The notes beneath the pieces were generated by a model. It had not been told where the DNA came from. It searched no databases and was given only the letters and a program-made list of their open reading frames with translations. Of a DNA stretch of 14,574 bases, positions 10,719-14,574 are shown piece by piece (the first letter of the stretch is position 1; every line of letters starts with the position of its first letter). A program made the position numbers and the translations under genes. This DNA comes from Bdellovibrionia bacterium (lineage in GTDB: Bacteria > Bdellovibrionota > UBA1018), in NCBI GenBank assembly GCA_049424145.1, contig JBMSSC010000070.1, forward strand, positions 1 to 14,574, read 5' to 3'.

Positions 10719-11019
10719 GCGCAGGGAAAAGCATTTCAAATTCAAGTGGGACGACCGAAAAGCACAGTCAAACCTCAAAAAAAACCGAATCTCGTTCGAG
10801 GAAGCCAAAAGTGTCTTTCTGGACGAGTATGCCCGCTTAATCCCTGATCCAGACCATTCGGAGGACGAGGATCGTTTCATTTTGCTCGGCCTGAGCGAGC
10901 GGCTTCAAATGCTCGTGGTTTGCTATTACTACCGCGAGGACGACTCAGTGATCCGGCTGATTTCGGCGCGAAAGGCGACGAAGCACGAACAACGCATGTA
11001 CGAGGAGCAAAGACGATGA
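10717..11019 (+). CDS. brnT: BrnT-family type II toxin (ribonuclease)
   Basis: FKWDDRKAQSNLKK..ISFEEAKSVFLD, DPDHSEDEDRFILLG and IRLISARKATKHE match the DUF497/BrnT pattern. The stop overlaps the antitoxin start (ATGA 11016-11019). Confidence 0.92.
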   Translation: MRREKHFKFKWDDRKAQSNLKKNRISFEEAKSVFLDEYARLIPDPDHSEDEDRFILLGLSERLQMLVVCYYYREDDSVIRLISARKATKHEQRMYEEQRR

Positions 11020-11237
11020 GGAAAGAGTACGATTTCTCAAAATCCAAAAAGAACCCCTATGCGAAGCACTTGAAGCAGCAAGTGACCATCCGCCTTGACC
11101 GTGAAGCGGTGGACTACTTCAAACGGCTGTCGTCAGACACAGGCATCCCGTATCAGGTGCTTATTAACCTGTTTCTGAAAGACTGCGCGGCACACAAACG
11201 GAAGCCCTCTCTTAAGTGGGATGATGAGGCAGCGTGA
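11016..11237 (+). CDS. brnA: BrnA-family antitoxin (C-terminal ribbon-helix-helix)
   Basis: MRKEYDFSKSKKNPYAK..KQQVTIRLD..VDYFK...GIPYQ.LINLFL. SD GAGGAG at 11002-11007. ATGA coupling to the toxin. Confidence 0.92.
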   Translation: MRKEYDFSKSKKNPYAKHLKQQVTIRLDREAVDYFKRLSSDTGIPYQVLINLFLKDCAAHKRKPSLKWDDEAA

Positions 11238-11239
11238 CT

Positions 11240-11493
11240 GGCTTGCCCATGAAGCTCAGGCTCGACGTCTGCGCCGGTGACGATGTTGCTGAAGATGTCG
11301 TCCCTGCCGCTGATTTGTTCTTGGCGACAGAGTGCCAGGAAAATCTGTCCTTCTCCATGTCTTCGAGACTTTTGAACTCGACGGTCATCGTTTTAGTCTT
11401 CATGATGAACCACCTTTCTCACGTTGCTAAAAAAGACCCGGATCGCCTCGTTAGCAAACATGCCGTAAAACCTTCTGGTTTAGCAGGAGGATA
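11240..11493 (-). pseudogene. Decayed two-gene module, possibly a DUF6516/HVO_A0114-like (TumE/TumA-type) toxin-antitoxin remnant
   Basis: SD-like AAAGGTGG precedes ATG 11403, giving MKTKTMTVEFKSLEDMEKD, with an apparent frame break near 11345. An overlapping upstream tail NEAIRVFFSNVRKVVHHED* lies at 11452-11393, and YPPAKPEGF lies in another frame at 11493-11467. The family is assigned from recalled resemblance only. Confidence 0.4.
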
Positions 11494-12015
11494 TAAGGCA
11501 TCCGAACTTTAGTCCGGCGTTTCTTTTTTTCTCTAGTTAAGCTAAATCGAGTTCTCGTTCTTTGAAATTCAGATATCCGGTTCGAGCACCAAAAAACATT
11601 TTGTGCTCGGTAAAATCTGTAAAGTACAGAACGAAACCTTTGAGACGTTGAAAGTCTGATTTGTTCAAGAATATTTGCCAGAAGGCGGCTTGAACGTGAA
11701 AGAGAAGACGGGAGTCCAAAATTTAGACTTTCTCTCAGAGACACTGTCGAACTGCGGTGGGTAATGACCCTAGCGGTGTAACTCCTGAAAGTTTGTTCAG
11801 GATTGATTCGGACATGAATCGCCTTCGGGGAATCTCCCGCGTTCACGGCGGCGAGGATGTCAAACAAGAGGAGTCTATCGCCGCCGTCGTTGAAGCTGGC
11901 GTGGACCTCGGGATCTCTATAATTGATATCGGGGACGCTTTTGCAGTCCTAGAAGCCCACATTCTGGAGGGATTTAGGACTGTGCCGCCTGTGGTGGTGG
12001 GCGGAGTTCTGAAAA

Positions 12016-12636
12016 TCACTTCACCAATGAAAGCTTCCTACCTTTCTGACGCTTTGGGCTGACCGAGCTTTGAAGCTCGAATAGCCGTTCACAAACGGCC
12101 GTACGCCTTGGCCCGGGACGAAGCCCCTTCAATTCTCTACGAATGGAGGTCAGCTCCGCCATCAGTGAGACAACTTCTTCGGTCATTGAATACTCACAAA
12201 CCCAGTTGAGTTCTTCAGGAGTCCAAAGTTCGAGAATTTCAGGCGGGGCTTCATGCAAGTATTCTGGTTCATCAAAGTTACAGCCATATTCAATATCCCA
12301 GCGGTCCATGCTGTCGCCGCGAAGCCAATCCCAGATGTGTGGGTTTCTTGTTGCGGCTTCCTTCAGTTTGCGCTGAGCATCCTCGATCTTACCGGAACGG
12401 TAAGACGCAAGCGCCCAGGTCACATGATTAAGTGGCTCGACCCCATCTTCCGGAAACTTCTTGGTGTACCAGTCATAGAACTGCAGTGCTCCATCGTGAT
12501 CTCCAAGAAGAAGATACATGTGCCCAACGAGAAAGCGCTTACCGTAACCGTCATCACAATTTGGCTTCGCGAGTGCGCGTTTATAGGCTCCAATCCTTGC
12601 TTTTAGCTTCTTTTTGTCGGTTGGAAAGAAATTCAT
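12016..12636 (-). CDS. Hypothetical helical (TPR-like) protein, 206 aa
   Basis: Protein-like composition with TPR-like helices (MYLLLGDHDGALQFYDWY, WALASYRSGKIEDAQRKLKEAATRNP). The start overlaps the fic stop (ATGA at 12636-12633). Confidence 0.82.
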   Translation of the reverse strand: MNFFPTDKKKLKARIGAYKRALAKPNCDDGYGKRFLVGHMYLLLGDHDGALQFYDWYTKKFPEDGVEPLNHVTWALASYRSGKIEDAQRKLKEAATRNPHIWDWLRGDSMDRWDIEYGCNFDEPEYLHEAPPEILELWTPEELNWVCEYSMTEEVVSLMAELTSIRRELKGLRPGPRRTAVCERLFELQSSVSPKRQKGRKLSLVK

Positions 12637-13799
12637 AGTTCCCCTTCATCAGTCTTCAATACATCGAGGTACTTTTTATAGCCGAACACGCGGTTTCGCT
12701 TGCCTCCGGTCGTCTCCTGAAGAATTCCGGCATCCATCAGTACTTCGATTGCTTTTGCTGCGGTTGGCTTGGTTGTCTCGAGTAAGGCGACGACTTGATT
12801 GCTAGTTAAAACCGGATGGCTCGGAAGCTCTTCGAAAAGCCTAATTGCTGGCACCACGACTTTTTTATGACTGAGGAGCTTGCGTCGATCACGCTCAAGC
12901 GTTTTGAATAGCTCGCGGGCTGTCTTAACGGCTTCACCACAGGATTCACAAATCCCCGTGAGATAAAATTGCGTCCACCCTTCCCAGTCGCCAGAGGTAC
13001 GCACTGCACTGAGGCGCTCATAATATTCTTGTTGATTACGGCGGAAATAGACACTGAGATAAAGCAAGCGAGAGTCGAGCAAATTCCATGCTTCGAGAAG
13101 TAACGCAATAAGAAGCCGCCCAACGCGCCCATTACCATTGAGAAATGGGTGTATGGTTTCGAACTGGACATGCGCGAGTCCGATGCGGATGAGTGGATGC
13201 TCCTGGTCTTTTTCGCGTGGTTCGTGAAGATAACTTTCCAGCTCTGAAAGACATCGTATGACTTCCGCCGGAGGTGGAGGCACAAAGGGGGCGTTCCCAG
13301 GTCGCGCTCCAGCAACCCAGTTCTGGCTTTCGCGAAAATGTCTGGGTTGCTTCGATGCACCACGAACACCTTTCATTAGTCGCATGTGCATTTCCTTGAT
13401 GAGTCGCAACGAGACGGGGAGCCCCTTTGGATCTTGAAGCTGCTTGCGCGCAAAGTTCAATGCATCGAGATAATTACAAACTTCTTGGATATCGGCACTG
13501 GCCCGCTCCGGGTCAGCTTCGAAGTTGAGTAGATCACTAAGCGTTGCCTGAATCCCTTCGATCTGCGAGGACAGAACCGCTTCCTTGCGGATGAAGGCGT
13601 AGTTAAAAAAATCTGGGTTAGGAACCAAATCTGATGCGGTCTTAAGTTCTCTGATGGCGGCATCAGCGCTGAGGACCAGATCTTGGATTTTTGGTGTCCT
13701 CTCTAGCGGCGGAACAGGTGGAAGCGATGCTGGGACAAACGCTTTGACGGTCTCTCCCTCCGTAGTGGTTTCGATATAACGACCGGTTTGCCTGCTCAT
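12633..13799 (-). CDS. Fic-family protein, class II (N-terminal inhibitory helix, probable C-terminal winged HTH), likely start ATG 13799
   Basis: Fic motif HPFLNGNGRVGR at 13151-13116. Inhibitory motif SSQIEG at 13571-13554. Also EVCNYLDAL, FRESQNWV and C-terminal PTAAKAIEVLMDAGILQETTGGKRNRVF. The 30 upstream codons in the ORF track run over operator palindromes. Confidence 0.93.
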   Translation of the reverse strand: MSRQTGRYIETTTEGETVKAFVPASLPPVPPLERTPKIQDLVLSADAAIRELKTASDLVPNPDFFNYAFIRKEAVLSSQIEGIQATLSDLLNFEADPERASADIQEVCNYLDALNFARKQLQDPKGLPVSLRLIKEMHMRLMKGVRGASKQPRHFRESQNWVAGARPGNAPFVPPPPAEVIRCLSELESYLHEPREKDQEHPLIRIGLAHVQFETIHPFLNGNGRVGRLLIALLLEAWNLLDSRLLYLSVYFRRNQQEYYERLSAVRTSGDWEGWTQFYLTGICESCGEAVKTARELFKTLERDRRKLLSHKKVVVPAIRLFEELPSHPVLTSNQVVALLETTKPTAAKAIEVLMDAGILQETTGGKRNRVFGYKKYLDVLKTDEGEL

Positions 13800-13803
13800 A
13801 AGA

Positions 13804-13856
13804 TTAGTAAAGCACACTTTACTAAGGAAGGCCAGTAATAAAGGGAGCTTTACTAA
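13804..13856. promoter_or_regulatory. Two tandem palindromic operators directly upstream of fic
   Basis: TTAGTAAAG-CACA-CTTTACTAA (13804-13825, perfect) and GTAATAAAG-GGAG-CTTTACTAA (13835-13856, 2 mismatches), 31 bp apart. Confidence 0.8.
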
Positions 13857-13937
13857 AGACCCCGCACTGGCTGCAGGTGGCTGCAGCACGGGTGGATCAA
13901 AAAAATCTAATTTGAAATCAAAGGGATAAGTAGGAAA

Positions 13938-13955
13938 TGGCGGAGAGAGAGGGAT
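13938..13955 (-). mobile_element. att-like core: last 18 nt of a tRNA-Ser gene (fragment only, not an intact tRNA)
   Basis: The minus strand reads ATCCCTCTCTCTCCGCCA, matching tRNA positions 59-76 with discriminator G and CCA and an acceptor strand complementary to GGAGAGA, as in serine tRNAs. It is preceded by TTCAT (T-loop TTCGA-like). No tRNA 5' half lies upstream. Confidence 0.8.
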
Positions 13956-14045
13956 ATGAAAACGCCCTTTTTAACCCCGCAACCCGATTGAGATTTTTCA
14001 ATCATTCCAAAAACATGTCAAGTCACGACTTCTACTGAAATGTAC

Positions 14046-14366
14046 CGACTTCCATGGAAATACAGTCGAGGTGGCTGCAGCAGCCAGTTGATTTGGCGGG
14101 GTGCTCGTCTCTCCGCCAGTGCTTGAAGGGTGGCTACAAACTGGCTGCAGTCGGTGGTCGCCCTGTTGGCGGAGAGGATATGTTTTCGTCATCGCTGTGA
14201 TTTGGGGATTTGCAGCCACTTGGGCAGTGGTTCGAAAAATTCGAATAACTGAATCCCGGTTTTGGGTGCCAGTTTTCAGTATGTCGGGAATTCCGACGCA
14301 CTCATGGTTTGGGCGTGGTGCGTTGCGGCGAACTATTCGAAGATTTCGAATGGTTCATGGCGAACG
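14046..14366 (+). ncRNA. Candidate structured RNA (or folded ssDNA) element of unknown family
   Basis: Nested stems at 14069-14080/14210-14221, 14094-14101/14184-14191, 14109-14118/14167-14176, 14127-14137/14154-14164 and 14140-14143/14148-14151. Further hairpins at 14046-14068, 14225-14251, 14278-14302 and 14321-14366. About a dozen G-U pairs favour the + strand. Confidence 0.45.
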
Positions 14367-14574
14367 AAATGTGGTCGTGAAATTTTCGATAATCTTGTCA
14401 CCATCTAAATATCCGTAGCCACGCATCTCTAGTCTGCCAAGCCAGTTCCCATGGGATGCAGTGAACACCTGCTTCTCTCCAGTTATAATCCAAAAAATGT
14501 CTAACCTTCGCTCTTTTAGAGTGAGCGCTTCATAAACCCTCCTGGAAATTAAAAGAGGAGTTCCCTAATGTCAG

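Larger units (their letters stand above)
13868..14422. repeat. Cluster of TGGCT(G/A)C repeats, candidate integrase arm-type sites
   Basis: + copies at 13868, 13878, 14072, 14131 and 14142. - copies at 14080-14086, 14211-14218 and 14415-14421. Confidence 0.7.

Noticed and set aside
11583..11609. Hairpin CGAGCAC...GTGCTCG as a terminator
   Set aside because: A 7-bp core stem with no adjacent U-tract on the + strand, only a short one on the minus strand, and no intact gene ending nearby.
11757..12062. + strand ORF with aldo-keto reductase-like words (EESIAAVVEAGVDLGISIID)
   Set aside because: It lacks the DTA-x-x-Y motif and the rest of the fold. The V/E/D/G richness is what an antisense shadow of the C-ending minus frame would give.
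13800..13889. N-terminal 30-aa extension of Fic from the ORF track
   Set aside because: It runs across the operator palindromes and arm-like repeats. ATG 13799 gives a typical start for this subfamily.
13938..13955. Retroelement-style 18-nt tRNA primer-binding site
   Set aside because: The length matches, but there is no reverse transcriptase in the window and tRNA 3'-end att duplication is a far commoner explanation in bacteria.
13938..14030. Intact tRNA-Ser gene on the minus strand
   Set aside because: Only the 3' 18 nt plus a degenerate T-loop match. No GGAGAGA 5' acceptor strand, D arm or anticodon arm is present at the expected distance.
14125..14164. T-box riboswitch antiterminator (AAGGGTGGCTAC...CCCT)
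   Set aside because: The would-be UGGN bulge is paired, the second helix and a U-tailed terminator are missing, no Stem I is recognisable, and serS lies upstream rather than downstream.
14101..14418. 105-aa + strand ORF and the overlapping 13998-14219 minus ORF
   Set aside because: No SD or recognisable domain, odd composition, and they coincide with the repeat and hairpin region.
13868..14422. CRISPR array
   Set aside because: Repeats are only 7-9 bp, irregularly spaced and in both orientations, with no cas genes.

Overview
Bacterial window with two parts. 1-9367 is core genome on the + strand: the 3' end of a complex I operon (nuoL partial, nuoM, nuoN), a 1043-aa membrane-anchored GYF_2-like/TPR protein, and serS. 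The protein architecture suggests Bdellovibrionota/Myxococcota-like bacteria (inference). From about 9370 the window looks accessory. It holds a YgiD/DODA-type dioxygenase, a BrnT/BrnA toxin-antitoxin pair under a perfect palindromic operator, decayed gene fragments, and a minus-strand operon of a class II Fic protein (atypical HPFLNGNGR motif, tandem palindromic operators) coupled to a TPR-like protein. The most unusual part is the non-coding stretch 13860-14420. It contains an 18-nt copy of a tRNA-Ser 3' end (att-like), eight copies of TGGCT(G/A)C on both sides of it, and about 350 nt that fold by eye into a long rod plus several hairpins on the + strand. The rod itself carries two more short copies of the tRNA-end sequence. 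No integrase or intact tRNA lies inside the window. All calls are by eye; no searches or folding programs were run.
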